A stretch of DNA of 64,000 nt from Candidatus Omnitrophota bacterium (GTDB lineage Bacteria; Omnitrophota; Gorgyraeia; Gygaellales; Profunditerraquicolaceae). How positions within the stretch are numbered: the stretch's first letter is position 1; each line of letters starts with the position of its first letter. The notes beneath the pieces were generated by a model. That model did not search any database, was not told the DNA's origin, and saw nothing but the letters and a program-made list of their open reading frames with translations. Below, one piece after another: positions 52,029 through 62,299 of this stretch. The translations under genes were made by a program, and so were the position numbers. The stretch is taken from the NCBI GenBank assembly GCA_049517335.1, contig JBEKSD010000004.1, forward strand, positions 1 through 64,000, in the 5' to 3' direction.

Positions 52029-53304
52029 TATTCAAAGTCACAAGACCTATGCTACAGGCCGCAAGAGATTTCTGCTTGCGACCTGTAGTTTGTTTTTTGC
52101 ATTGGTTATTCTGGGCATGGCTCCGGCGCCGAAGAAACCCTGGGTCTATGTTCAAAAACTGAAAAACGATAATTACCGCCTCATTGTTAATAAAGAGCCT
52201 TTTATTATAAAGGGCGTCTGTTATAATCCCATTCCTATCGGCTCAAACCACGAATATGACTGGTGGTCTGATCCCAATAAGCCTTGGCTTGTTGACGGAA
52301 AGCTCATGCAGGAGATGGGGGTAAACACGGTGCGGATTTATCAGGTTTCGGCCAACCCGGACAACGTCAAAACCGTAATCAGGGATTTATATAATCTCTA
52401 CGGAATTCATACTATGCTTGGTTCCTGGCTTGGTTTCTGGGAATACCCCTGTCCACTTTACGGGGATAAGGCGTTTCAGGATAGAATTAAAAAAGAAGTC
52501 TTGGATATGGTTACGCTTTATAAAGATGAACCTGGGGTCTTAATGTGGGTTTTGGGCAATGAAAATAATTTCTCCTGTCTTGGTCGCGTAAACCCGTGGT
52601 CAAGCGATGAGATAGATCGGGAGCCCAGTCCTCAAAAACAAAACGCGATGCGGGCAAAGATTTATTACGCCTTCGTTAATGATCTCACCAAAGAAATCCA
52701 TAAAATTGACCCCAACCATCCCGTGGCTTTGGGTAACGGCGAATTAGCGGGCTTAGAGTACGCGAAAGATTACGCTCAGGACGTAGACCTAGTCGCCTGC
52801 ATAATTTACCGCGGAAGGACTTTTGGTAGTCTTTTTAAGTCTTTAAGGGCCACCTTTGACAAGCCCATTGTCTTATCCGAGTTTGGCGCGGATAGTTACG
52901 ACGCTTATTTAAAAAAAGAAGACCAGAATATGCAGGCTTTCTTTCTTGAGTCCCAATGGAGGCAGATTTATGAAAATCTTGCCACAAGCAAATCCGGCGC
53001 CGGTAATTGCCTTGGCGGGACAATGTTTGAATGGACGGATGAATGGTGGAAGCATAATCCCTCCGACCCTGCCGGCTGGAAAATCCATGATACTGAAGCC
53101 GGATGGTCTAACGGCAGCTATTATTTTGACATAAAAGCCGAAAATGGTAAGAATATGAACGAGGAGTGGTTCGGGATTGTATCTTTGTCCGAAGAGCTTG
53201 AGAACGGCTTAAATAAAAGAACCCCACGCAAAGCATATTACGTAATCAGGGAATTTTGGAAAAATCCCGTATTGGATAATAAAAAAAGGAGTAAATCCAA
53301 ATGA
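51973..53304 (+). CDS. Clan GH-A (GH2-like TIM barrel) glycoside hydrolase, paralog of 48524-50836; true start probably near 52009-52021
   Basis: MGVNTVRIY, LGNEN, SEFG, EWTDEWWK, EEWFG. Confidence 0.8.
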   Translation: MTTIPKVRHSIWMRLSLNNIQSHKTYATGRKRFLLATCSLFFALVILGMAPAPKKPWVYVQKLKNDNYRLIVNKEPFIIKGVCYNPIPIGSNHEYDWWSDPNKPWLVDGKLMQEMGVNTVRIYQVSANPDNVKTVIRDLYNLYGIHTMLGSWLGFWEYPCPLYGDKAFQDRIKKEVLDMVTLYKDEPGVLMWVLGNENNFSCLGRVNPWSSDEIDREPSPQKQNAMRAKIYYAFVNDLTKEIHKIDPNHPVALGNGELAGLEYAKDYAQDVDLVACIIYRGRTFGSLFKSLRATFDKPIVLSEFGADSYDAYLKKEDQNMQAFFLESQWRQIYENLATSKSGAGNCLGGTMFEWTDEWWKHNPSDPAGWKIHDTEAGWSNGSYYFDIKAENGKNMNEEWFGIVSLSEELENGLNKRTPRKAYYVIREFWKNPVLDNKKRSKSK

Positions 53305-54953
53305 CAAGGCCCAAAATTCAAAATAGATTCCAATTCCGAATAAGAAATATCAAACTTCGGGTTTTGCCATTTGCCATTTGTGCTTTGGTATTATTTTGTC
53401 ATTTGTGCTTATGTACCGGCCGTTCATACGCTATTGAGAATCCTAAGCTGGTTGATTTAAGCAAACAAATCATGGAAGCTAAGGATTGTTCCGTTGTCAA
53501 AGCCAAGTTGGAAGAGATGGAAGAGTTTTATTTTAAAGAGAATAAATACAGCGAATTCGTAGATTTCCTGAATTCCGTGTTAAAGCAGAAAAATGATTGT
53601 CCTGCTCAGGTAGATTATTACCTAGCGCTCACCCGTTACCAACAGCTTAAATACCTTGAAGAATCGCAAGGCTGGGATGAATATTTCGCCAAAGGCAACG
53701 ACTATCGGCTGCAAATTACGGAGAGTGCTCAAAAGGCACTTGAAAAGTTAACTGTTGATGATCCTCTGACTGTGGCAACCCAGCTCCTGCTTTGGCAGTT
53801 CCACCGTGACCAGCAAGATACTTTTCATGAGCAGGCCATGAATGACTTGATTAGTTCTTTAAAGGAATACGCAAAGAGTTCAAAAGAGCCTGAGATAATC
53901 AAGGCGGCTGCGGATAAGATTTATGCATACGGCGAAAAAGGCAAGGCAAAGGAGATTTACCAGCTTTATGTATCTAAGATCGTTGCTTCTTCAATCAGCG
54001 ATGATGAATTGAGTAATATTGCTGCGGGTTTCTTGAAAGAAGGTAATACTGAACTTGCCGAAACCATTTATGATGTTTACATTGAACGCTTGAGTAAAAA
54101 GAGCACTAAGGACAAATTGTGTTCTTACCTGACCGGCTTAACCAAAGAGTTTGCTTTAGCTAAGGATATGCTTTATGCCGAAAAGCTCTTCGCTAAAATC
54201 GTAGAAACCTTAGGGCTATCCTGTCTTGATGAGGGGCTAAACTATTTACGCGCCTTAAATTTAGAGAAAGCCAAAGAATACCATAAGGCGATGGATCTTT
54301 ATCTTGATTTTTCCCAAAAATACCCGCAAAGCATCCATCATGATGAAGCTCTTTTTAAGGCAGCCGTAATTGATACCTACATATTACGCGAGAGGAAGAC
54401 GGGAAGTGATTATTTTGTAAAATTAACGGAGCAGGAAAAATTATCCACCCAGTCAGTTTCCGCGCTTTATCATTTGGGATTATTAGCGCAATGGGATAAT
54501 GATGCACAAAAGGCAAAGGCCTACTATAATAAACTTATTGAGAAAGCGGGACAAGATTTTTCTGAAGTAGTATTAAACGTAAAAGACAGATTAAAGGAAA
54601 TTGAGGGTTCTCAGCCGCTAGAGAATAACCTCAGACTATTTTTAGACCTTACCTTTAAAGAGGCGAATTCGCAATTTGATATGTCTCAGGTTAATTTAAC
54701 CGCTTCGCCTTATTTTGTAAAAAAAGATACGCAGGCAACGATTAATTCCAATACCAACGCAGCCTCTTCCGGCTGTTTGCCCGTTGACCTGCAGTATTTC
54801 TGGGCAGGGGACTTAGGCTCCGCCAAACCGCAGGCCAATATGGCAGGTTTTCCTACATCTTATAAGGAGCCTGGCACTAAAGTTATCTTTCTCGTGGTGA
54901 CCGTATCTGGCTCATTCCTCGACCGCTCGCTGGATATGCTTGACATAGAGTAA
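53301..54953 (+). CDS. Exported TPR-repeat protein
   Basis: N-terminal hydrophobic segment; TPR-like helices (KYPQS..HDEALF, ALYHLG...AKAYY). Confidence 0.75.
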   Translation: MTRPKIQNRFQFRIRNIKLRVLPFAICALVLFCHLCLCTGRSYAIENPKLVDLSKQIMEAKDCSVVKAKLEEMEEFYFKENKYSEFVDFLNSVLKQKNDCPAQVDYYLALTRYQQLKYLEESQGWDEYFAKGNDYRLQITESAQKALEKLTVDDPLTVATQLLLWQFHRDQQDTFHEQAMNDLISSLKEYAKSSKEPEIIKAAADKIYAYGEKGKAKEIYQLYVSKIVASSISDDELSNIAAGFLKEGNTELAETIYDVYIERLSKKSTKDKLCSYLTGLTKEFALAKDMLYAEKLFAKIVETLGLSCLDEGLNYLRALNLEKAKEYHKAMDLYLDFSQKYPQSIHHDEALFKAAVIDTYILRERKTGSDYFVKLTEQEKLSTQSVSALYHLGLLAQWDNDAQKAKAYYNKLIEKAGQDFSEVVLNVKDRLKEIEGSQPLENNLRLFLDLTFKEANSQFDMSQVNLTASPYFVKKDTQATINSNTNAASSGCLPVDLQYFWAGDLGSAKPQANMAGFPTSYKEPGTKVIFLVVTVSGSFLDRSLDMLDIE

Positions 54954-54967
54954 TTCCTTAAAAATAC

Positions 54968-55017
54968 TTGACTTATAATCTTTTTGGTAGTATAAATAAA
55001 CTAATAAATTAGTTTAT
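54968..55017 (+). promoter_or_regulatory. Sigma70 promoter with an overlapping inverted repeat (putative operator)
   Basis: TTGACT-17 bp-TATAAA; ATAAACTAAT-AA-ATTAGTTTAT at 54996-55017. Confidence 0.65.
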
Positions 55018-55072
55018 AAAAATAGTTTATTAATTATTTTTTAAACTTTTAGAAGAATTATCCTGCCTAAAA

Positions 55073-56308
55073 ATGAAAGAAACTGATTTTCAGGAAGAAA
55101 ATCTCACGGAAAAAGAAAAACGTAACATTGATATATTGGAAATTTTGCGTAAGCACGGTCCTATATCGCGGCCGGATATATCAAAAGAGATGGGACTGAA
55201 TGTCGTCACCGTTTCAAACTACGTTGACGAATTCATCAAGCGTGATATCGTTTTTGAAAAAGAACTTGATGTTTCCGAGGGAGGAAGGCGGCCCGTCCTT
55301 ATTGATTTAAATCCTCAGGCCGGTTTTGTAATCGGAGTGGGGCTTAACCTTATGAGTATGGTGGGGCTATTGGTTGACTTAAAAGGCAATATCGTCACCA
55401 AAACGCAGATTGCCCGACCCAAAGCTTCAGTTAAAGAGATTTCGGAATGCCTGCTGGAGATCGTGCGCGAAATCTTAAGGCGCTCAAAAGAACAGCTAAA
55501 ACATATTAAAGGCATAGGCATAGGAGTCGCCGGTTTAATCAATAAGGAAACTGGCTCAGTTCATTGGCCGCAGAAGATGGACCACTATTATACTTACGCC
55601 TCGGTGGACGTGCCATTAAAGGCGCTGATGGAAAAAGAATTCAACCTGCCGACTTTAATTGAGAACGACGCCACGGGTGCCTGTTTCGGCGAATATTGGC
55701 TGGGCTTAAAGCAGGGTTATAAGAATGTGATTTATATGTTTTCCGGAGTCGGTTGCGGCATAATGCTCAATGGTCAGCTTTACCGCGGCTCGCAGGGGTA
55801 TGCCGGAGAAGTATCCATATATAATTTTAAAGAGCAGGACCTCTTTAACTGCAAGACCGGGAACAGCTGTTTTCTCAAGCGCTGGGAAGTGGATATGGGC
55901 ATTATTGATGGTGTTAAAGAGCTTCTTTTAAAAGATAAAGAAAGGGCAAGAGAATTTTTCCGGTTTACCTCAAGTAATATTGATAATGTGGACTTAAAGA
56001 GCGTTTTTATCGCAGGGCGCGCAAAAGATCCGATAGCCCTTTCTGCGCTTGATGCGGCAGCCAAAAGGCTGGGGATTAAGATTGCTTCAATCGTAAATTT
56101 ACTTAACCCGGAAGTGGTGGTAATCGGGGGCGGGTTTGAAGAAGCCGGGGAGGAGTTTATTAATAAGGTCAATTCTACTGTCAGGGACTGGGCTTTCAGG
56201 GAAGCGGTTGAGAATTTGAAGATTGTGCCGTCACAGTTAAAAGAAAACGCGGTTGCTTTGGGAGCGGCGAGCGTGGTAATGCAAAAAATATTTGCCCGGA
56301 TGTGGTAA
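55073..56308 (+). CDS. ROK family transcriptional regulator (NagC/XylR-like)
   Basis: HTH GPISR.DI....GL...TVS, GGRRP, IENDA, G.GCGI.LNG.LYRG..GYAGE, NPEVVVIGG. Confidence 0.92.
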   Translation: MKETDFQEENLTEKEKRNIDILEILRKHGPISRPDISKEMGLNVVTVSNYVDEFIKRDIVFEKELDVSEGGRRPVLIDLNPQAGFVIGVGLNLMSMVGLLVDLKGNIVTKTQIARPKASVKEISECLLEIVREILRRSKEQLKHIKGIGIGVAGLINKETGSVHWPQKMDHYYTYASVDVPLKALMEKEFNLPTLIENDATGACFGEYWLGLKQGYKNVIYMFSGVGCGIMLNGQLYRGSQGYAGEVSIYNFKEQDLFNCKTGNSCFLKRWEVDMGIIDGVKELLLKDKERAREFFRFTSSNIDNVDLKSVFIAGRAKDPIALSALDAAAKRLGIKIASIVNLLNPEVVVIGGGFEEAGEEFINKVNSTVRDWAFREAVENLKIVPSQLKENAVALGAASVVMQKIFARMW

Positions 56309-56341
56309 TAGCTTTAAGCGGGGCCTACTTAAGGAGGGTTG

Positions 56342-57511
56342 ATGGAACAAAAAATTAAATTTATTATCATAGGTTTGATAGGTTTTTCAGTTATCTGTCT
56401 TTTTCTTTTTTTATCAACCCTGAATTCAAAACAACTGCTCATCCACGAAAGGAATGACCTGAAGACCAAAAATACTTCTTTAAACGCTAACATTGACAAG
56501 CTTCAGGATAATTTACGGGAATACGATAAGAAGATGGCTTCTTTAAACAAAGATATGGAGCAGGCAGTACAGGAAAAGTCTGACCTTCAGGCTAAATATT
56601 CCGAAGTTGCCAAAAGCAGGGATGACTTGGCGGCTAAATTAAAAGAACTGCAGGCGCGGCCAGCGGAAGTAAAACAGGAACCAGTGGAAGCTCCCCAGAC
56701 CAATGATGCTTACTGGGCAAGCATTATAAAAGCCAAGACCGATTTGGAATTCCAGATAAACAGCCTGCGTGATGAATTAAAGAATATCCAGATTAGTAAC
56801 GAAAGTTTATCCAGAGAAAAGAGCGCGCTGGAACTGGAGTTGAATAATTTAAAACATGAGCGGGAAGATTTAAAGCGCCAGCTTGATTATAATCAGAAAT
56901 TAACCGATAGTATTTCGCAGGAATTAGTCAGGGAAAAGAACGACAAGAGCCAGATAGAGGACAGTTTTAAAACCTTAAAAAATGAAAATACCGTTTTGAC
57001 CCGTCAGATAAGGACTTTAAATAGCCACCGTACGGAATTAGAAAAGAAAATAGAACAGCTTCAGGAGGGTAAAGCCGCGGTAGAGCGCAGGGTTAATGAG
57101 ATGGAAAGCATACTTACCGACAAAATGGGTCAGATTGATAACCTAAAAACTCAGATAGACGCCGTGCGCAGCGGTAAGCCGCTTGATGCTCCTCAGGGAA
57201 AAGGCGAATCCGTAGAATTGCCGGCGATAGTAGTAAAACCTTCAAGCCAGGTAATAAATCAGGTAAATATGCAGAATACGCATTTAGAAGAACGCAGGAC
57301 AGGAAAGATTCTGGCTGTAAACCGCGATAATAATTTCGTGATTATTGATTTGGGACAGGCTTCAGGGATTAAAACCGGCGATAAATTGAAGGTTTACAGG
57401 GCAGATAAGAATATCGGTTACCTTGAAGTAATACAGGTGAGGCAGGATATTTCCGCCTGCGACATAAAAAAAGAAAACGCAGCGCTTAAAATCGGCGATA
57501 TAATTAGATAG
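56342..57511 (+). CDS. Membrane-anchored coiled-coil protein with a C-terminal beta domain
   Basis: N-terminal TM helix, long heptad region, GKILAVN...FVIIDLG...GIK.GD C-terminus; AAGGAGG RBS. Confidence 0.8.
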   Translation: MEQKIKFIIIGLIGFSVICLFLFLSTLNSKQLLIHERNDLKTKNTSLNANIDKLQDNLREYDKKMASLNKDMEQAVQEKSDLQAKYSEVAKSRDDLAAKLKELQARPAEVKQEPVEAPQTNDAYWASIIKAKTDLEFQINSLRDELKNIQISNESLSREKSALELELNNLKHEREDLKRQLDYNQKLTDSISQELVREKNDKSQIEDSFKTLKNENTVLTRQIRTLNSHRTELEKKIEQLQEGKAAVERRVNEMESILTDKMGQIDNLKTQIDAVRSGKPLDAPQGKGESVELPAIVVKPSSQVINQVNMQNTHLEERRTGKILAVNRDNNFVIIDLGQASGIKTGDKLKVYRADKNIGYLEVIQVRQDISACDIKKENAALKIGDIIR

Positions 57512-57535
57512 GTTTTTCGGCTTTATTAATATATC

Positions 57536-58558
57536 ATGACACGCCTCAAAAAAACTCCTTCCCGGAATGTTTCTATTGAAGATGTCGCACGCCTTGCCGG
57601 CGTATCCATTACTACGGTTTCCCGCGTAATCAATAAATTTCCCTCGGTAAAAGAGAAAAACCGCATCTTGGTGCTGGATGCCGTCAAGCAGCTTAAATTC
57701 CAGCCGTCGGTTTTTGCCCAGCGCCTTGCTACCGGAAGGAGCAACGTAATTTCGCTGGTCATCCCGCGCTATGAAGGGGTCTTTTACTCATTTTACGCGC
57801 TTGAATTAATCCGCGGTATCGGGACATTGTGCGCGGTATTAAAGCTGGACCTACTGCTTCAGTTAACCGACAGCCGTTCGCCTTTAAATGTGAGGGGCTC
57901 GGGTGGGATAATCTTTGCCGATATAATCAGCAACCGCCAGCAGGTTGAGGAAGCAGTTGCTCAGGGGTTACCTTGCGTGGTAATCAATAATTACGTCAAG
58001 GACTTATCTATAAGCTGCTTCGCTATAGATAATGTCGGGGGGGCGCAGGATGCGGTAGATTACCTGGTTAGTTTAGGGCATAAGAAAATCGCGCATATTA
58101 CCGGGGACGTAGTTACCCAGGCGGCAGCCGAACGGCTTGAAGGTTACAAGCGCTCGTTAAAGAAAAACAATATTCCCTTAAAGGACGAATATATAGTCAA
58201 GACGGATTACTCGCGCGGGCAGGCAAGGGCCGCATCATTGGAGTTATTAAACTTGGCTAATCCTCCCACGGCGATATTTGTCGGCTCCGACTCAATGGCC
58301 CTTGAAACAATTACAGTAGCAAAAGAATTGGGAAAGGAAATTCCAAAAGACCTTTCTATCGTGGGATTTGACGATAATCCCTCTGGGCTTTACGGCCCGG
58401 TATCTTTGACCACGGTCAGGCAGCCGTTAATTAAAATGGCCGAGGAAAGTGTAAAAGAGCTTAACCGTCTAATGAATGATAAAGCCTCAAAGATAAAGAA
58501 GCTTATCCTGCCGACTGAATTGGTAATTAGGGAATCTACTGGAGGACTCGCTTCATAA
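57536..58558 (+). CDS. LacI family transcriptional regulator
   Basis: SIEDVARLAGVSITTVSRVIN, IPKDLSIVGFDD, LTTVRQP, LVIREST. Confidence 0.95.
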   Translation: MTRLKKTPSRNVSIEDVARLAGVSITTVSRVINKFPSVKEKNRILVLDAVKQLKFQPSVFAQRLATGRSNVISLVIPRYEGVFYSFYALELIRGIGTLCAVLKLDLLLQLTDSRSPLNVRGSGGIIFADIISNRQQVEEAVAQGLPCVVINNYVKDLSISCFAIDNVGGAQDAVDYLVSLGHKKIAHITGDVVTQAAAERLEGYKRSLKKNNIPLKDEYIVKTDYSRGQARAASLELLNLANPPTAIFVGSDSMALETITVAKELGKEIPKDLSIVGFDDNPSGLYGPVSLTTVRQPLIKMAEESVKELNRLMNDKASKIKKLILPTELVIRESTGGLAS

Positions 58559-58574
58559 GGAAGTAAAATTAAGA

Positions 58575-58621
58575 ATCCCTTATATTGTGGTTTAGGATTT
58601 ATAAAATACTATATATTGTAT
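58575..58621 (+). promoter_or_regulatory. Tandem NrdR boxes
   Basis: ATCCCTTATATTGTGG (58575) and ATACTATATATTGTAT (58606), 31 bp apart, match the acaCwAtATaTwGtgt consensus and lie upstream of a ribonucleotide reductase. Confidence 0.8.
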
Positions 58622-58630
58622 TTTTTTTGC

Positions 58631-58658
58631 TTGACCGAACAGGAAAAAGTGGTATCAT
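58631..58658 (+). promoter_or_regulatory. Sigma70 promoter of nrdJ
   Basis: TTGACC-16 bp-TATCAT with TG extension. Confidence 0.65.
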
Positions 58659-58702
58659 AGCTTTAAAAAATAATCGGGCACAATTTGGGAGGTAAAAGAA
58701 AA

Positions 58703-60997
58703 ATGGTTCTGAAACTCTCCGAAAATGCTTTAAAAGTTCTAGAGCGCCGCTACCTGATGAAGGATGAGGCAGGCAAGGTAATTGAAACGCCTGAGCAGTT
58801 ATTCCTCAGGGTCGCCTCTGCTATTGCAGGGGCGGATAAGCTATACGGCGCAAGCGAATTGGAAATTGAGAAGTTAACGGATGCGTTTTTTAACATCATG
58901 TCTTCATCGGTATTCCTTCCTAATTCCCCGTGTTTGATGAATGCGGGAAAAGATTTAGGCCAGCTTTCGGCATGCTTCACGCTTCCTATTGAAGATTCAA
59001 TGGAGTCTATTTTTGAGACTTTAAAAGTCACGAGCTTAATTCATAAGTCAGGGGGCGGCACGGGATTTTCCTTTTCCCGCTTACGGCCGAAGAATGCGGT
59101 GGTAAAAACTACCGGCGGAGTGGCTTCTGGTCCCATTTCTTTCATGAGGGTCTATGATGCGGCAACCGAAGCGGTGAAACAGGGAGGGACCCGCCGCGGC
59201 GCGAATATGGGAATTTTGCGCATTGACCATCCGGATGTGATGGAGTTTATTAGCTGCAAAGAAAATAACAACCACATCACTAATTTTAATATCTCTATTG
59301 CCATAACCGACGAATTTATGCGTAAGTTAGCTAAAGGCGAAGATTACGATTTAATTGACCCACATACCCATAAACCGGTAAAACGCGTAAGCGCCAAAGA
59401 AGTATTTGCTTTGATAGTAAGGCAGGCGCATAATAACGGCGAGCCAGGAGTCATATTCATTGACCGCATTAATCAGCAGAACCCCACCCCGAAATTAGGG
59501 AATATTGAAAGCACGAACCCCTGCGGCGAACAGCCTCTCCTGCCTTACGAAAGCTGCGATCTGGGTTCAATAAATATGGACCAGATGTGGAAGAAGAATA
59601 ATGCGCACTGCGAAATTGACTGGGCAAGGTTGAAAGAGGTAACGCGCCTTGCCGTGCATTTCCTTGATAACCTGATTGACGTGAATAAATTCCCGCTTCC
59701 CCAGATTGAAAAGGCGACAAAGGCAACGCGCAAGATAGGCCTTGGCGTGATGGGCTGGGCAAGCCTTTTAATCCGCTTAGGGATTCCTTATAATAGCGAA
59801 GAGGCAGTGGCTTTGGCAGAAAAGATTATGTCTTTTATCCTGAATGAGGCGACCAAAAAATCCCTTGAATTAGGAAAAACAAAAGGGGTTTTCCCGGCGT
59901 TTAAGGGAAGTATATACGATAAGAAAGACGGCTCTACAAAAATGCGTAATGCCACATTAACCACCATTGCGCCTACCGGGACAATCAGCATTATTGCCGG
60001 GCCGTGCTCATCGGGGATTGAGCCGCTGTTTGCCATTTCGTATTACCGTAATGTCATGGATAACGACAAGCTTGTTGAGGTTGAGCCGCTGTTTGAGCAG
60101 GTGGCAAAGGAAAGGGGTTTTTACAGCCGGCAGCTTATGGAGAAAATCGCAGAAAACGCCTCAATCCAGAATGTTGACGCTATACCCGCGGACATAAAAA
60201 GAATTTTTGTCACCTCGCACGATATTTCGCCGGAGTGGCACGTGCGTATGCAGGCGGCATTCCAGAAATACGTGCATAACGCGACTTCCAAAACGATTAA
60301 CTTCCCGCATGAGGCCTCACTAGAGGACGTAAGGAAATCTTACCTTCTGGCTTTTGACTTGGGCTGTAAAGGCATCACCATTTACCGCGACAACAGCCGC
60401 GAAGAACAGGTGTTGAACGTGGGCAAGCCAAAAGAGAAAGAAGAAACAAATAATCCGGTTGCCAAGAATGAGATTGTCCCCCGGCCGCGGCCTGAGGTAA
60501 TTATTGGCACTACGACAAAAGTAGCGACAGGGTGCGGTAACCTTTATGTGACTATTAACGTTGATGAAGAAGGCAGGCCTTTTGAGTTGTTTACCCAGAT
60601 GGGTAAAGCCGGCGGTTGCGCTGCAAGCCAACTTGAAGCAGTGGGCAGACTTGTTTCATTAGGTTTTCGTTCGGGAATAGAAGTTAAGGCAATAATCGAA
60701 CAGTTGCGTAATATCCGTTGTCCCAGCCCTTCGTGGGAAAAGGGCCAGAGGATATTTTCCTGTTCTGATGCCATTGCGCGCGTAATTGAGAGAAGGTTGG
60801 TGAACGCGCAGGCAGCAAATGTTGTAGCGGATTCAGCGCCGGTTGCAATGAAGCATTCATCCGAAGATGCGCCTGCAACAGAAGAATTTAACGAGCGGGG
60901 GGGGGATATAGTCGGAGTTTGCCCGGATTGCGGAGGGGCGCTGCGGCATGAGGAAGGCTGCGTCAAATGCCATGCCTGCGGTTTCTCAAAGTGCTAA
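58703..60997 (+). CDS. nrdJ: Class II (adenosylcobalamin-dependent) ribonucleotide reductase
   Basis: PNSPCLMNAG, QLSACF, GGTRRGANM, TNPCGEQ, TIAPTGTIS, C-terminal TSCPD-like domain and CPDC..CHAC zinc ribbon; GGAGG RBS before ATG 58703. Confidence 0.92.
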   Translation: MVLKLSENALKVLERRYLMKDEAGKVIETPEQLFLRVASAIAGADKLYGASELEIEKLTDAFFNIMSSSVFLPNSPCLMNAGKDLGQLSACFTLPIEDSMESIFETLKVTSLIHKSGGGTGFSFSRLRPKNAVVKTTGGVASGPISFMRVYDAATEAVKQGGTRRGANMGILRIDHPDVMEFISCKENNNHITNFNISIAITDEFMRKLAKGEDYDLIDPHTHKPVKRVSAKEVFALIVRQAHNNGEPGVIFIDRINQQNPTPKLGNIESTNPCGEQPLLPYESCDLGSINMDQMWKKNNAHCEIDWARLKEVTRLAVHFLDNLIDVNKFPLPQIEKATKATRKIGLGVMGWASLLIRLGIPYNSEEAVALAEKIMSFILNEATKKSLELGKTKGVFPAFKGSIYDKKDGSTKMRNATLTTIAPTGTISIIAGPCSSGIEPLFAISYYRNVMDNDKLVEVEPLFEQVAKERGFYSRQLMEKIAENASIQNVDAIPADIKRIFVTSHDISPEWHVRMQAAFQKYVHNATSKTINFPHEASLEDVRKSYLLAFDLGCKGITIYRDNSREEQVLNVGKPKEKEETNNPVAKNEIVPRPRPEVIIGTTTKVATGCGNLYVTINVDEEGRPFELFTQMGKAGGCAASQLEAVGRLVSLGFRSGIEVKAIIEQLRNIRCPSPSWEKGQRIFSCSDAIARVIERRLVNAQAANVVADSAPVAMKHSSEDAPATEEFNERGGDIVGVCPDCGGALRHEEGCVKCHACGFSKC

Positions 60998-60999
60998 CC

Positions 61000-62283
61000 A
61001 TGAAAAAGATAATTTATGTTGTTCTTGACGGTCTGGGGGATTTACCGATAAAAGAGTTAGGCAATAAGACTCCCCTGGAAGCAGCTGCTACACCGAATAT
61101 GGATCGTCTTGCCCAGAAAGGCAAAACCGGGATAGTATATCCGGTAGGCAAGGGAATCGCTCCTGAGTCGGATATTGCGGTCATCAGCCTGCTTGGATAT
61201 GATGCACATAAATATTATAGCGGGCGCGGCCCCTTGGAATCGTTTGCCGAAGGGTTGGTTGTTAATGACGGCGATGTTGCTTTCCGGGTTAATTTCGCCA
61301 CGGTTGCTCCTGACGGCAAAACCATTAAAGACAGGCGCGTAGGCAGGAATCTTACCACGGAAGAAGCGACAGCCTTGGCAAAAGAAATCAACTCTAAGAT
61401 TACGCTTTCAGGCGGGACATTTGAATTTAAAAATACCATCGGCCACCGCGGTATTCTGGTGATCAGGGGAATACGTTCCAAATTATCCGGCTGGATTACC
61501 AATACTGATCCTGCTTATGACAGGGAAGGAGTATTTGGAGTAGCAAAAGAAAAGTTTGAGAATATCGTTGCTTTCTCAATGCCCATGCCCGGATACGAGA
61601 AGTCCCCAGAGGCAATTGAAGCTGCTAAACTCTTAAATGAATTTACCGAGAAATCAAACAAGGTTTTAAATGAGTCCGCGGTAAACAAGAAAAGAGTTTC
61701 AGAAGGGAAAATGCCCGGTAATATAATCTTGTCGCGCGACGCAGGGGACCATCTTCCTAAATTCCCTCCGATACAGAAAGAATTCGGGTTAAAGTTTGGT
61801 TCCTTCGTACAGATGCCGGTTGAAAAGGGGATCGCACTTTTAACCGGAATTGATATTATCGATATACCTGCGTCCAGCGGGCATCTTGACGTGGATTATC
61901 CTGTCTGGGCAAAGATAGCGCTCGATTCGATTAAGAAATATGACGCTATTTATGTCCACATTAAAGGCCCGGATGAGCCGGCGCATGACGGAAACTATAA
62001 ATTAAAGAAAGAGATAATTGAGGCGATTGACAAATATTTCTTCGGGAAACTACTTTCTGCCCTAGACATAAAGAATACCGTTATTGCAGTTACCGCAGAC
62101 CACTCTACCGTCTGTAGTGTTAAAGCGCACACCGCAGACCCTGTCCCTCTCTTGATTTCGGGCGGGAATGTAAAACTGGATGGTTCTTTAAGTTTCTCGG
62201 AAAAATCGGCAAAGCTCGGCTCTATCGGTGAGATATTGGGCCGCGAAATTATGCCCCTCTTAATCAAAACCGCCAAAGAATAA
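61000..62283 (+). CDS. apgM: Cofactor-independent phosphoglycerate mutase, archaeal type
   Basis: VLDGLGD.P...LG.KTPLEAA.TPNMD, PESD, GRGPLE, DEPAHDG, TADHST, HTADPVP. Confidence 0.88.
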   Translation: MKKIIYVVLDGLGDLPIKELGNKTPLEAAATPNMDRLAQKGKTGIVYPVGKGIAPESDIAVISLLGYDAHKYYSGRGPLESFAEGLVVNDGDVAFRVNFATVAPDGKTIKDRRVGRNLTTEEATALAKEINSKITLSGGTFEFKNTIGHRGILVIRGIRSKLSGWITNTDPAYDREGVFGVAKEKFENIVAFSMPMPGYEKSPEAIEAAKLLNEFTEKSNKVLNESAVNKKRVSEGKMPGNIILSRDAGDHLPKFPPIQKEFGLKFGSFVQMPVEKGIALLTGIDIIDIPASSGHLDVDYPVWAKIALDSIKKYDAIYVHIKGPDEPAHDGNYKLKKEIIEAIDKYFFGKLLSALDIKNTVIAVTADHSTVCSVKAHTADPVPLLISGGNVKLDGSLSFSEKSAKLGSIGEILGREIMPLLIKTAKE

Positions 62284-62299
62284 AGTTAGAGAATAAGTC

